Part shown: in pieces, positions 32,730 to 43,062 of the stretch | Numbering within the stretch: the stretch's first letter is position 1 | Layout: every line of letters begins with the position of its first letter | Assembly: GCF_057098645.1 (NCBI RefSeq) | Contig: NZ_CM169472.1 | DNA length: 64,000 nucleotides | Direction: 5' to 3' (one strand) | Program-made: the position numbers and the translations under genes | Notes under the pieces: generated by a model | The model's input: only the letters and a program-made list of their open reading frames with translations | What the model was told of the DNA's origin: nothing | The model's database searches: none

Positions 32730-34928
32730 ATGTCGACTCCTGACAATCACGGCAAGAAAGCCCCTCAATTTGCTGCGTTCAAACCGCTAACCACGGTACA
32801 GAACGCCAACGACTGTTGCTGCGACGGCGCATGTTCCAGCACGCCAACGCTCTCTGAAAACGTCTCCGGCACCCGCTATAGCTGGAAAGTCAGCGGCATG
32901 GACTGCGCCGCCTGTGCGCGCAAGGTAGAAAATGCCGTGCGCCAGCTTGCAGGCGTGAATCAGGTGCAGGTACTGTTCGCCACCGAAAAACTGGTGGTTG
33001 ATGCCGACAATGACATCCGTGCCCAGGTTGAATCTGCGGTGCAAAAAGCGGGCTATTCCCTGCGCGATGAGCAGGCCGCCGACGAGCCACAAGCATCGCG
33101 CCTGAAAGAGAATCTGCCGCTGATTACGCTAATCGTGATGATGGCAATCAGCTGGGGTCTGGAGCAGTTCAATCATCCGTTCGGGCAACTGGCGTTTATC
33201 GCGACCACGCTGGTTGGGCTGTACCCGATTGCTCGTCAGGCATTACGGCTGATCAAATCCGGCAGCTACTTCGCCATTGAAACCTTAATGAGCGTAGCTG
33301 CTATTGGTGCGCTGTTTATTGGCGCAACGGCTGAAGCTGCGATGGTGTTGCTGCTGTTTTTGATTGGTGAACGACTGGAAGGCTGGGCCGCCAGCCGCGC
33401 GCGTCAGGGCGTTAGCGCGTTAATGGCGCTGAAACCAGAAACCGCCACGCGCCTGCGTAACGGTGAGCGGGAAGAGGTGGCGATTCACAGCCTGCGCCCT
33501 GGCGATGTGATTGAAGTTGCGGCGGGCGGGCGTTTGCCTGCCGACGGTAAACTGCTCTCGCCCTTTGCCAGTTTTGATGAAAGCGCCCTGACCGGCGAAT
33601 CCATTCCGGTGGAGCGCGCAACGGGCGATAAAGTTCCTGCAGGAGCCACCAGCGTAGACCGTCTGGTAACGCTGGAAGTGCTGTCAGAACCGGGTGCCAG
33701 CACCATTGACCGGATTCTGAAACTGATCGAAGAAGCCGAAGAGCGCCGTGCCCCCATTGAGCGGTTTATCGACCGTTTCAGCCGTATTTATACGCCAGCA
33801 ATTATGGCCGTCGCCCTGCTGGTAACGCTGGTGCCGCCGCTGCTGTTTGCCGCCAGCTGGCAAGAGTGGATTTATAAAGGGCTGACGCTGCTGCTGATTG
33901 GCTGCCCGTGTGCGTTAGTTATCTCCACGCCCGCGGCGATTACCTCCGGGCTGGCAGCAGCGGCACGTCGTGGGGCGTTAATTAAAGGCGGTGCGGCGCT
34001 GGAGCAGCTAGGTCGTGTTACCCAGGTGGCGTTTGATAAAACCGGTACGCTGACCGTCGGTAAACCGCGCGTTACCGCGATTCATCCGGCAACGGGTATT
34101 AGTGAATCTGAACTGCTGACACTGGCGGCGGCGGTCGAGCAAGGCGCGACGCATCCACTGGCGCAGGCCATCGTGCGCGAAGCACAGGTTGCTGCACTCG
34201 CCATTCCCGCCGCCGAATCACAGCGGGCGCTGGTCGGGTCTGGCATTGAAGCGCAGGTTAACGGTGAGCGCGTATTGATTTGCGCTGCCGGGAAACATCC
34301 CGCTGATGCATTTGCTGGTTTAATTAACGAACTGGAAAGCGCCGGGCAAACGGTAGTGCTGGTAGTACGTAACGATGACGTGCTTGGTGTCATTGCGTTA
34401 CAGGATACCCTGCGCGCCGATGCTGCAACTGCCATCAGTGAACTGAACGCGCTGGGCGTCAAAGGGGTGATCCTCACCGGCGATAATCCACGCGCAGCGG
34501 CGGCAATTGCCGGGGAGCTGGGGCTGGAGTTTAAAGCGGGCCTGTTGCCGGAAGATAAAGTCAAAGCGGTGACCGAGCTGAATCAACATGCGCCGCTGGC
34601 GATGGTCGGTGACGGTATTAACGACGCGCCAGCGATGAAAGCTGCCGCCATCGGGATTGCAATGGGCAGCGGCACAGACGTGGCGCTGGAAACCGCCGAC
34701 GCAGCATTAACCCATAACCACCTGCGCGGTCTGGTGCAAATGATTGAACTGGCACGCGCCACTCACGCCAATATCCGCCAGAACATCACTATTGCGCTGG
34801 GGCTGAAAGGGATCTTCCTCGTCACCACGCTGTTAGGAATGACCGGACTATGGCTGGCGGTGCTGGCAGATACGGGTGCGACGGTGCTGGTAACGGCGAA
34901 TGCGTTAAGGTTGTTGCGCAGGAAATAA
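32730..34928 (+). CDS. zntA: Zn(II)/Cd(II)/Pb(II)-translocating P-type ATPase
   Basis: 732 aa; N-terminal metal-binding GMDCAAC, CPC motif (IGCPCALVIS), DKTGT phosphorylation site. Confidence 0.95.
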   Translation: MSTPDNHGKKAPQFAAFKPLTTVQNANDCCCDGACSSTPTLSENVSGTRYSWKVSGMDCAACARKVENAVRQLAGVNQVQVLFATEKLVVDADNDIRAQVESAVQKAGYSLRDEQAADEPQASRLKENLPLITLIVMMAISWGLEQFNHPFGQLAFIATTLVGLYPIARQALRLIKSGSYFAIETLMSVAAIGALFIGATAEAAMVLLLFLIGERLEGWAASRARQGVSALMALKPETATRLRNGEREEVAIHSLRPGDVIEVAAGGRLPADGKLLSPFASFDESALTGESIPVERATGDKVPAGATSVDRLVTLEVLSEPGASTIDRILKLIEEAEERRAPIERFIDRFSRIYTPAIMAVALLVTLVPPLLFAASWQEWIYKGLTLLLIGCPCALVISTPAAITSGLAAAARRGALIKGGAALEQLGRVTQVAFDKTGTLTVGKPRVTAIHPATGISESELLTLAAAVEQGATHPLAQAIVREAQVAALAIPAAESQRALVGSGIEAQVNGERVLICAAGKHPADAFAGLINELESAGQTVVLVVRNDDVLGVIALQDTLRADAATAISELNALGVKGVILTGDNPRAAAAIAGELGLEFKAGLLPEDKVKAVTELNQHAPLAMVGDGINDAPAMKAAAIGIAMGSGTDVALETADAALTHNHLRGLVQMIELARATHANIRQNITIALGLKGIFLVTTLLGMTGLWLAVLADTGATVLVTANALRLLRRK

Positions 34929-34936
34929 AGGTGTTG

Positions 34937-34959
34937 CCTGATAGCCTCTGGCTATCAGG
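34937..34959. terminator. Hairpin between convergent zntA and the small minus-strand ORF (possible bidirectional terminator)
   Basis: CCTGATAGC-CTCTG-GCTATCAGG perfect 9 bp stem; U-tract is weak on both strands. Confidence 0.35.
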
Positions 34960-34960
34960 G

Positions 34961-35278
34961 TTAGTGCTGGGCCGGGAACGGTGGCATGGTCAGGAAAGTG
35001 TAATATAGCGCTAACATCAGAATGACGGAGATAACACAACATGTAGCAACCAGGCGGGACGTGAATGATGGCCTTTTGAACATCAACCACAGGGCATAAG
35101 CAAGCCCGACGCCGTTAAGTAAAGGTAAAAAAATCATTAGCCAGAGCCAACCACAGGCAAGTACCCCCAGCCATCCCCCCACGGCGATTAAAACAGGCAT
35201 CAGCCAATTGGGGGCGAACATCGCGAACAATCCCAGCAATCCCAGCAATCCCAGGCAAACAGGAATTAAATAATCCAT
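34961..35278 (-). CDS. Hypothetical small membrane protein (105 aa) with an internal 3x9-bp tandem repeat
   Basis: Three predicted TM segments; repeat CAATCCCAG x3 (plus strand 35223-35249) encodes LGLLGLLGL; weak SD. Confidence 0.35.
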   Translation of the reverse strand: MDYLIPVCLGLLGLLGLFAMFAPNWLMPVLIAVGGWLGVLACGWLWLMIFLPLLNGVGLAYALWLMFKRPSFTSRLVATCCVISVILMLALYYTFLTMPPFPAQH

Positions 35279-35298
35279 TTGTGTATTCCATTACACTT

Positions 35299-35337
35299 GC
35301 TTGCCGGATGCGGCGTGAACGCCTTATCCGTCCTACG
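35299..35337. repeat. REP element
   Basis: GCCGGATGCGGCGTGAACGCCTTATCCGTCCTAC matches the REP consensus; a second palindrome CCCCTCGCCCCTCAGGGGAGAGGG lies at about 35376-35400. Confidence 0.5.
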
Positions 35338-35422
35338 TACCGGTTTCAAGCAGCAACATTGAGTGCGATCGGTCCCCTCGCCCCTCAGGGGAGAGGGTTA
35401 GGGTAACAGTCCGTGATCCACC

Positions 35423-35668
35423 TTAACCACCTTTACGAATCAAATAGCGATAAGGCAGTCCATCCGTCTCTTTGGCAACCAGTTCGTGTTCCATAAAGGT
35501 ACAAAACCCAGGGATATCGCGGGTCGTCGCCGGATCGTCAGCAATAATCAGCAACGTTTCACCTGGCTGCATATTGCGCACTGTTTTGCGCACCATCATT
35601 ACGGGTTCCGGGCAGCGCAGGCCAAGTGCGTCGAGTGTGTGGTCAGGGCTGGAAAAGAGATCGGTCAT
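35423..35668 (-). CDS. tusA: Sulfur carrier protein TusA
   Basis: 81 aa; conserved [17 protein letters not shown] Cys-Pro-x-Pro motif. Confidence 0.9.
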
Positions 35669-35887
35669 TTTCTTCTCATCACATAAAAAACGGCGCTAGT
35701 TTACGCCCTGTGAGTCCGTAAGCAAACCAGGTTAACGATTGCGTGAAAATTAACCATTGCATTGTCAACGTAAAGCAGTATCATGCGGCGGCTCGAAAAA
35801 AGGGTAAGCACGTTATTATGTTAAGGTAACAGACGTGTCGTACGTATTGGGTTCCCTCACCCCAATGGTTAATCAAAAAGGTACAAT

Positions 35888-36553
35888 ATGAACGTTTTCT
35901 CGCAAACTCAACGCTATAAGGCGTTGTTCTGGTTATCGTTATTTCATCTGCTGGTGATCACCTCCAGTAACTATCTGGTTCAGCTTCCCGTCTCCATTTT
36001 TGGTTTCCATACCACCTGGGGCGCGTTTAGCTTCCCGTTTATTTTCCTTGCTACCGACCTGACCGTGCGTATTTTTGGCGCACCGCTGGCCCGTCGTATC
36101 ATCTTTGCGGTGATGATCCCCGCTTTGCTGATCTCCTACGTCATCTCGTCGCTATTCTATATGGGTTCCTGGCAGGGATTCGGCGCACTCGCCCACTTCA
36201 ACCTGTTTGTCGCCCGTATCGCCACCGCCAGTTTCATGGCCTACGCGCTGGGGCAGATCCTCGACGTGCACGTTTTTAACCGCCTGCGTCAGAGTCGCCG
36301 CTGGTGGCTGGCACCGACAGCGTCCACACTGTTCGGTAACGTCAGCGACACGCTGGCCTTTTTCTTCATTGCCTTCTGGCGTAGCCCGGATGCCTTTATG
36401 GCTGAACACTGGATGGAAATCGCGCTGGTCGATTACTGTTTCAAAGTGTTAATCAGTATCGTTTTCTTCCTGCCAATGTATGGCGTATTACTCAATATGC
36501 TGTTGAAAAGACTGGCAGATAAATCCGAAATCAACGCTTTGCAGGCGAGTTAA
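35888..36553 (+). CDS. yhhQ: Queuosine-precursor transporter family membrane protein
   Basis: 221 aa polytopic membrane ORF. Confidence 0.8.
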   Translation: MNVFSQTQRYKALFWLSLFHLLVITSSNYLVQLPVSIFGFHTTWGAFSFPFIFLATDLTVRIFGAPLARRIIFAVMIPALLISYVISSLFYMGSWQGFGALAHFNLFVARIATASFMAYALGQILDVHVFNRLRQSRRWWLAPTASTLFGNVSDTLAFFFIAFWRSPDAFMAEHWMEIALVDYCFKVLISIVFFLPMYGVLLNMLLKRLADKSEINALQAS

Positions 36554-36625
36554 AGGTTCGTTATCAGAGTTGTGATAAGATGGATGAATGAGCCGTTATG
36601 GCCGTTTATCGAAAGGAAGAAGTCA

Positions 36626-37183
36626 ATGCGCAATCTGGTTAAATATGTCGGAATTGGCCTGCTGGTTATGGGGCTTGCGGCCTGTGATGATAAAGACACT
36701 AACGCTACGGCGCAGGGTTCGGTCGCGGAAAGTAACGCTACCGGGAATCCCGTCAACCTGCTTGATGGCAAGTTAAGTTTCTCGCTGCCAGCGGATATGA
36801 CCGACCAGAGCGGTAAGCTGGGAACGCAGGCCAATAACATGCATGTCTGGTCCGACGCCACCGGGCAGAAAGCAGTCATCGTCATCATGGGCGATGATCC
36901 GAAAGAAGATCTGGCGGTGCTGGCGAAGCGTCTGGAAGATCAGCAACGTAGCCGCGATCCGCAGCTGCAAGTGGTAACCAATAAAGCCATTGAGCTGAAA
37001 GGTCACAAAATGCAGCAGTTAGACAGTATTATCTCCGCGAAAGGCCAGACGGCGTACTCTTCCGTTATTCTGGGTAACGTGGGTAATCAACTGCTGACCA
37101 TGCAAATTACTCTGCCAGCTGACAATCAGCAAAAAGCGCAGACCACCGCAGAAAACATCATTAATACGCTGGTTATTCAGTAA
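36626..37183 (+). CDS. dcrB: Periplasmic lipoprotein DcrB
   Basis: ORF track 36572..37183; start moved to [22 protein letters not shown] (lipobox). Confidence 0.85.
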   Translation: MRNLVKYVGIGLLVMGLAACDDKDTNATAQGSVAESNATGNPVNLLDGKLSFSLPADMTDQSGKLGTQANNMHVWSDATGQKAVIVIMGDDPKEDLAVLAKRLEDQQRSRDPQLQVVTNKAIELKGHKMQQLDSIISAKGQTAYSSVILGNVGNQLLTMQITLPADNQQKAQTTAENIINTLVIQ

Positions 37184-37186
37184 GTT

Positions 37187-38404
37187 TTAAGATGATGAGG
37201 CGGCCTCAGGGACGTGTTCCAGAGGCCGTTTTTTTAATCGCCACGTCAGTAATAACGCGATTGCGACCAGTCCCGCCGCTGCCAGATAAATCACCGGTAC
37301 GCCCGCCCAGCTCATCACCAGCCCAGCCAGTGGTCCAGTCACGCCAAGCGATAAATCCATAAATACGGTGTAAGTTGCCAGCGCCGCCCCCTGATTTTGC
37401 TGCGGAACCGCTTTTACCGCCACTACACCCAATGCCGGGAACACCAGCGAAAACCCGGCCCCCGCCAGTAAGACGCCGATTTTCGCCATCCACGGCATAG
37501 TCGCCACGCCAACCAGTAGCAGGCCGATTATCTCAACGCTAAAGCAAATCATCGCCACGTTTAAGCCGCCGATACGGTTAATGCCGTTAGGGAATAATAA
37601 ACGCGTACCGACAAACGCACAGCTAAACAGCGTCAGCGCGAAAGCCGCACCGTCCCAACCTTTAGCGTCATAAAACAGCGTGATAAAGGTGGCGATGACG
37701 CCAAATCCGGCGGAAGCCAGTGCCAGCGCCATACCGTACAGCCAGACGCGCCCAAGCACTGCGCGAAACGGCAGCGGTTTGCCTTTACTGGCTTTTACCG
37801 TCGGACGCGGGATCGCCAACAAAATGGCCACCAGCGCCACGCCCATAATGATTAACGCTAACGCCTGCAAGCCGCCCCAGTGATAAAACACGACGCCTAA
37901 CGGCGCACCCATCGCCATCGCCCCGTAAGTGACAATGCCGTTCCACGAAATCACCCGCCCGATATGCAGCGAGCCAACCACGCCAACGCCCCACAGGGTC
38001 GATCCCGTTCCGGCAAAACTTTGCCCAATCCCAAGGATCACGCGCCCCAGGCAAAGTAATAACAGGCTGATGACAGGCAGACTGGCGGTTAATCCTGCCG
38101 TCAGATATCCCAGACCGCTCAAAAAGCAGCCGCATAAACCGAAGACGACAATCTTTTTGGGGCCCAGCAAATCGGCGTAACGTCCGGCATGAGGACGGCT
38201 CAGCAAGGTGGCAAAATATTGCAGGCTGATAACCAATCCTGCCCAGAAAGCGCTAAAGCCCATCACATCATGGACATAGCCCGGTAATACAGCGAGCGGC
38301 AACCCGATGGTGAGGTAGCTGGCGAAGTTAAACATGACAATGGAGACAATGCGCAAATTCAGGCGCAATCCGTTTAGCGCGGGTTCGGCTACGGGTTCGG
38401 GCAT
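37187..38404 (-). CDS. yhhS: MFS transporter
   Basis: ORF track 37187..38446; start moved to MPEPVAEPALNGLRLNLRIV; 12-TM MFS-like hydropathy. Confidence 0.8.
   Translation of the reverse strand: MPEPVAEPALNGLRLNLRIVSIVMFNFASYLTIGLPLAVLPGYVHDVMGFSAFWAGLVISLQYFATLLSRPHAGRYADLLGPKKIVVFGLCGCFLSGLGYLTAGLTASLPVISLLLLCLGRVILGIGQSFAGTGSTLWGVGVVGSLHIGRVISWNGIVTYGAMAMGAPLGVVFYHWGGLQALALIIMGVALVAILLAIPRPTVKASKGKPLPFRAVLGRVWLYGMALALASAGFGVIATFITLFYDAKGWDGAAFALTLFSCAFVGTRLLFPNGINRIGGLNVAMICFSVEIIGLLLVGVATMPWMAKIGVLLAGAGFSLVFPALGVVAVKAVPQQNQGAALATYTVFMDLSLGVTGPLAGLVMSWAGVPVIYLAAAGLVAIALLLTWRLKKRPLEHVPEAASSS
37201..37236 (+). terminator. Rho-independent terminator of dcrB, embedded in the 3' coding end of convergent yhhS
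   Basis: CGGCCTC-(loop)-GAGGCCG followed by TTTTTTT on the plus strand. Confidence 0.55.
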
Positions 38405-38535
38405 GAGGATCACCACATTTTTACAACAGTGTTTCATTTTTACCACGTGCTGACGTGAAAATCAGCAGTAAGAATCAGAATATTGCTGGCGTGACTCCCG
38501 CTACACTTAATACAAAAAGTCACAAGGAAGCCCCA

Positions 38536-39585
38536 ATGGAAACCCCTCAACCCGATAAAACGGGCATGCACATTCTGCTCAAGCTGGCCTCGCTGGTAGT
38601 GATCCTCGCGGGCATTCACGCAGCGGCAGATATCATTGTGCAGCTGTTACTGGCGCTGTTTTTTGCCATCGTCCTCAACCCGCTCGTCACCTGGTTTATT
38701 CGTCGGGGAGTACAACGCCCCGTTGCCATTACGATTGTAGTGGTGGTGATGCTGATCGCACTAACCGCGCTGGTCGGCGTACTGGCGGCATCGTTTAACG
38801 AATTTATCTCTATGCTGCCGAAGTTTAATAAGGAGCTGACGCGCAAACTTTTTAAATTGCAGGAGATGTTGCCTTTTCTTAATTTGCATATGTCGCCGGA
38901 GCGAATGCTGCAGCGGATGGACTCGGAAAAAGTGGTTACCTTCACCACAGCGCTAATGACCGGGCTTTCCGGGGCAATGGCGAGCGTGCTTTTGCTGGTG
39001 ATGACCGTAGTTTTTATGCTGTTTGAAGTGCGCCACGTCCCTTACAAAATGCGTTTTGCGCTGAATAACCCACAGATTCACATCGCAGGATTACACCGCG
39101 CACTTAAAGGCGTTTCGCATTATCTGGCGTTAAAGACGCTACTCAGTTTATGGACAGGTGTCATCGTCTGGCTGGGGCTGGAGCTGATGGGGGTGCAGTT
39201 TGCGCTGATGTGGGCAGTACTGGCGTTTTTGCTCAACTACGTGCCCAATATCGGCGCGGTAATTTCCGCCGTACCGCCAATGATTCAGGTGCTGCTGTTT
39301 AATGGTGTTTACGAATGTATTCTGGTCGGCGCATTGTTTTTAGTGGTCCATATGGTCATCGGCAATATTTTAGAACCACGGATGATGGGCCATCGCCTGG
39401 GGATGTCCACCATGGTGGTATTTCTTTCATTGTTAATCTGGGGATGGCTGCTCGGCCCGGTAGGGATGCTACTTTCGGTGCCATTAACCAGCGTGTGTAA
39501 AATCTGGATGGAAACGACGAAAGGTGGCAGCAAACTGGCGATTTTACTGGGGCCGGGCAGACCGAAAAGTCGGTTACCGGGTTAA
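38536..39585 (+). CDS. yhhT: AI-2E (PerM) family transporter
   Basis: ORF track 38455..39585; start moved to METPQPDKTGMHILLK. Confidence 0.8.
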   Translation: METPQPDKTGMHILLKLASLVVILAGIHAAADIIVQLLLALFFAIVLNPLVTWFIRRGVQRPVAITIVVVVMLIALTALVGVLAASFNEFISMLPKFNKELTRKLFKLQEMLPFLNLHMSPERMLQRMDSEKVVTFTTALMTGLSGAMASVLLLVMTVVFMLFEVRHVPYKMRFALNNPQIHIAGLHRALKGVSHYLALKTLLSLWTGVIVWLGLELMGVQFALMWAVLAFLLNYVPNIGAVISAVPPMIQVLLFNGVYECILVGALFLVVHMVIGNILEPRMMGHRLGMSTMVVFLSLLIWGWLLGPVGMLLSVPLTSVCKIWMETTKGGSKLAILLGPGRPKSRLPG

Positions 39586-39604
39586 TAGCACCTCCTGAAC
39601 AGGC

Positions 39605-39645
39605 AATGGCCACCGTTTATCTAACAGTGGCCATTTGATTTGAGG
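39605..39645 (+). terminator. Putative terminator after yhhT
   Basis: Perfect 9 bp inverted repeat AATGGCCAC / GTGGCCATT followed by TTGATTTG. Confidence 0.4.
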
Positions 39646-39964
39646 AAATGATGAAACATTATTCAGAAAATTAATTTAAAAAAACCATTCCTTAAGTCAA
39701 ATATATATAAACGCCGAATAGCGATTAAATCCTTCTCAAAGAATGCACTGATAACATTGTGTTATTTTTATTGCCTCATTTTTCTCACTCACTTATAGTT
39801 GGTCCCTGCTGGCAGTAATTTAGTCATTTCAGAGATTTTTACTCTGATGTGCACTTACTGACTTATCTCACAAGTAATTTTTTCTCTAAATAAAGAATAG
39901 TGATGCCAGCAATTACAGTTAAAACTTGCTTTACTCGTAAAAACAATACTTTAATGGGGTTCTA

Positions 39965-40354
39965 ATGAGACATTACATGAAATGGTTTGCGGCTATTGCT
40001 GTTGTGGGTGCTTTAGCGGGTTGCGCGCGTACTGCGCCAATTGTTCAGGTTCACTCAACCGTCAGCGCTGGTCATACCCAGGAACAAGTGAAAAAAGCGA
40101 TTCTGAAAGCTGGCGTTGAACGCAAATGGATTATGTCCGAAGCCGGACAAGGCATAATTAAAGCACGTCAACAGTCACGCGATCATTCAGCGGAAATACG
40201 CATTAACTACACGGCATCCAGCTACGATATCAATTATGAAAATAGCCAGAACCTACAAGCGTCAGGCGGACAAATTCATAAAAACTACAATCGCTGGGTC
40301 CGCAATCTCGACAAAGATATTCAACTGAATTTGTCAGCGGGCGCAGATTTATAA
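39965..40354 (+). CDS. Small lipoprotein, first gene of the APE-like cluster
   Basis: 129 aa; signal peptide with lipobox (VVGALAGCA); preceded by about 380 bp of AT-rich leader. Confidence 0.55.
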   Translation: MRHYMKWFAAIAVVGALAGCARTAPIVQVHSTVSAGHTQEQVKKAILKAGVERKWIMSEAGQGIIKARQQSRDHSAEIRINYTASSYDINYENSQNLQASGGQIHKNYNRWVRNLDKDIQLNLSAGADL

Positions 40355-40413
40355 TTCTTCCTAAAGTCGGGCCGTTGCGGTCCGATAATAATTTAATTCC
40401 CTCTTAACAGGTT

Positions 40414-41481
40414 GTGCCCAACATGTACGAACAGGATTCTCTTAGCGCACTGGATGCGATTACCGAAGCTCAACGCATTGCCTTTGCCCCTATGCTTTTT
40501 CAAACAGCACTCTGCCTACGTAATGCGGGTGTACTTTCATATCTGGATCGGCAAGGCAAACATGGCGCAACGCTGGCTGATATCACCGAACATAGCCATA
40601 TCAACGAATATGCTGCCAGCGTTCTGTTAGATATGGGCTTAAGCGGGCGAATTATTACCTGTAAAGAGGGAATTTATTACCTGGCGAAAATCGGTCATTA
40701 CCTCCTGCATGACACTATGACTCGCGTGAATATGGATTTCACCCAGGATGTCTGTTACCAGGGGCTCTTCTTCCTCGCCGATTCACTCAATGAAGGAAAA
40801 CCTTCCGGGTTAAAAGTATTTGGCGACTGGTCGACGATATATCCGGCACTTTCGCAATTACCAGACGCCGCTCGTGAAAGCTGGTTTGCGTTTGATCATT
40901 ACTATTCAGATGGCGCATTTAACGCCGCACTGCCTTATGTATTCGCCAACAACCCCACAACATTGTACGATGTAGGCGGCAATACGGGTAAGTGGGCTTT
41001 GCGTTGCTGCAAATACAATGAAAACATCGCCGTGACGTTATTAGATCTGCCACAACAAATCGTACTAGCGAAAGAAAATATCGCGAATGCAGGTTTTTCT
41101 GATCGCATAGATTTCCATGCGGTGGATATGCTAAGCGATGCCCCATTACCGGGCGAGGCTGATATCTGGTGGATGAGCCAATTTTTAGACTGTTTTTCAC
41201 CCGAACAAATAATTAGCATACTCAGCAAAATCGCCAGCGTAATGAAGCCTGGCGCAAAAGTTTGCATCATGGAGTTGTTCTGGGATGCGCAGCGGTTTGA
41301 AGCAGCATCATTTAGCCTGAACGCGTCCTCACTTTATTTTACCTGCATGGCAAACGGTAACAGCCGTTTCTATAGTGCAGAGAAATTTTACGACTATCTG
41401 AATAAAGCAGGATTCCAGGTAGCAGAGCGCCACGATAATTTAGGCGTTGGGCATACACTTTTGATATGCCAAAAGAAATAA
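40414..41481 (+). CDS. Class I SAM-dependent O-methyltransferase
   Basis: 355 aa; N-terminal dimerisation-like region and Rossmann fold DVGGNTGKWA; track start is GTG 40414, an ATG lies at 40423. Confidence 0.7.
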   Translation: MPNMYEQDSLSALDAITEAQRIAFAPMLFQTALCLRNAGVLSYLDRQGKHGATLADITEHSHINEYAASVLLDMGLSGRIITCKEGIYYLAKIGHYLLHDTMTRVNMDFTQDVCYQGLFFLADSLNEGKPSGLKVFGDWSTIYPALSQLPDAARESWFAFDHYYSDGAFNAALPYVFANNPTTLYDVGGNTGKWALRCCKYNENIAVTLLDLPQQIVLAKENIANAGFSDRIDFHAVDMLSDAPLPGEADIWWMSQFLDCFSPEQIISILSKIASVMKPGAKVCIMELFWDAQRFEAASFSLNASSLYFTCMANGNSRFYSAEKFYDYLNKAGFQVAERHDNLGVGHTLLICQKK

Positions 41482-41521
41482 TCGTCACTTAATAATTTTG
41501 GTTTACCGCGGGCGCGCGTTG

Positions 41522-42244
41522 ATGAAATTTACATTAAATATTACCGACTGGCAGGCACTGGCGCCTGGACTTAGCGAAGCGCAGCAATGGCAAGCATGGT
41601 CGCGCCAGCCGTGGGCGATTGACCCTGCCGCGCCGTTGGCAAAATTAAGTGAACTGCCAATGATGACCGCCCGCCGCCTCAGTTCAGGCAGCAAACTGGC
41701 TGTTGAATGCGGTCTGGCAATGCTACGCCGCCATCAGCCAGACGCCGTTTTGTATACCAGTCGTCATGGCGAACTGGAGCGCAATTACCGCATTGTTCAT
41801 GCACTGGCAACCGAACAGGCGCTTTCTCCGACCGACTTTGCACTTTCAGTACACAACTCTTCCGTGGGTAACCTGACCATTGCGGCCAAACAGCCGATCG
41901 TTTCGTCATCGCTTTCTGCTGGTCGCGACACTTTCCAGCAAGGTTTGTGTGAAGTGCTTAGCCTGTTACAAGCGGGATACCAGCGCGTGCTGATGGTCGA
42001 TTTTGACGGTTTCCTGCCCGAGTTTTATCACCCACAACTGCCATCAGAAATGCCGACCTGGCCGTACGCCGTCGCGCTGGTGATTGAAGCTGGCGATGAC
42101 TGGCAATGTGAAACGCAGTCAGCCATTGCGGGCAATGAAACAACACTGCCGCAAAGCATGTTGTTTTTACAGCACTATTTACAAAATGTAGACACATTTT
42201 CACTGCCTGGCGAGCGCGTGCAATGGCGCTGGAGCCACAGATGA
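41522..42244 (+). CDS. Ketosynthase-like protein lacking the active-site Cys (chain-length-factor-like partner)
   Basis: ORF track 41498..42244; start moved to ATG giving MKFTLNITDWQ; thiolase-fold-like N-terminal half, no Cys-His-His triad. Confidence 0.6.
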   Translation: MKFTLNITDWQALAPGLSEAQQWQAWSRQPWAIDPAAPLAKLSELPMMTARRLSSGSKLAVECGLAMLRRHQPDAVLYTSRHGELERNYRIVHALATEQALSPTDFALSVHNSSVGNLTIAAKQPIVSSSLSAGRDTFQQGLCEVLSLLQAGYQRVLMVDFDGFLPEFYHPQLPSEMPTWPYAVALVIEAGDDWQCETQSAIAGNETTLPQSMLFLQHYLQNVDTFSLPGERVQWRWSHR

Positions 42245-43062
42245 GTAAGCTGATGTCACGTCTGGAGTGGACCTGGCGACTGGTCATGACCGGGTTATGT
42301 TTTGCCCTGTTTGGTCTCGGCGGCCTGCTGCTTTCTGTCGTGTGGTTTAACATATTGTTAGTTTTGGTGTGGGATACTTCCCGCCGCCGTCGTTTGGCGC
42401 GTCGCAGCATTGCCGCCAGTTTTCGCCTGTTTTTAACTGTCGCGAAAGGGCTTGGCGTGCTGGATTATCGTATTGATGGCGCTGAAATTTTACGTCAGGA
42501 ACGCGGTTGCCTCGTCGTAGCCAATCATCCCACGCTGATCGATTACGTGCTGCTGGCGTCAGTCATGCCAGAAACTGACTGCCTGGTGAAAAGCGCGCTG
42601 TTAAAAAATCCTTTTCTTGGCGGCGTCGTGCGGGCGGCAGATTATTTAATCAACAGCGAAGCTGAAACCCTGTTACCCCGCTGCCAACAGCGACTGGCAC
42701 AGGGTGACACTATCCTGATTTTCCCCGAAGGCACGCGAACGAAGCCCGGTGAAAAAATGACGCTGCAGCGCGGGGCGGCGAATATTGCCGTGCGCTGTGC
42801 CAGCGATTTACGCATCGTGACGATCGGCTGTAGCGAGCATCTGCTGGATAAACAAAGTAAATGGTATGACGTTCCACCTGACCGGCCGTTTTTTACGGTT
42901 GCAGTCCATGGTCGGGTTGAAATCAATAAATTTTACGATGCAACTTCACAAGAACCGGCGCTGGCAGCAAGGCAGTTAAACCGGCATCTTTTGCTTCAAT
43001 TACAACAAGGTTGTTTACCTCTCTCAGGAATAAATAATGCAAGCGCTTTATCTGGAAATTAA
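42241..43062 (+). CDS. Lysophospholipid (1-acyl-glycerol-3-phosphate-type) acyltransferase
   Basis: HX4D motif NHPTLID and FPEGTR motif; ATG overlaps previous stop (ATGA). Confidence 0.75.
   Translation: MSKLMSRLEWTWRLVMTGLCFALFGLGGLLLSVVWFNILLVLVWDTSRRRRLARRSIAASFRLFLTVAKGLGVLDYRIDGAEILRQERGCLVVANHPTLIDYVLLASVMPETDCLVKSALLKNPFLGGVVRAADYLINSEAETLLPRCQQRLAQGDTILIFPEGTRTKPGEKMTLQRGAANIAVRCASDLRIVTIGCSEHLLDKQSKWYDVPPDRPFFTVAVHGRVEINKFYDATSQEPALAARQLNRHLLLQLQQGCLPLSGINNASALSGN

Noticed and set aside
35370-35410. GC-rich palindrome CCCCTCGCCCCTCAGGGGAGAGGG as a possible riboswitch or regulatory RNA
   Set aside because: It sits next to a REP element downstream of tusA and looks like another intergenic palindromic repeat, not a structured leader upstream of a gene
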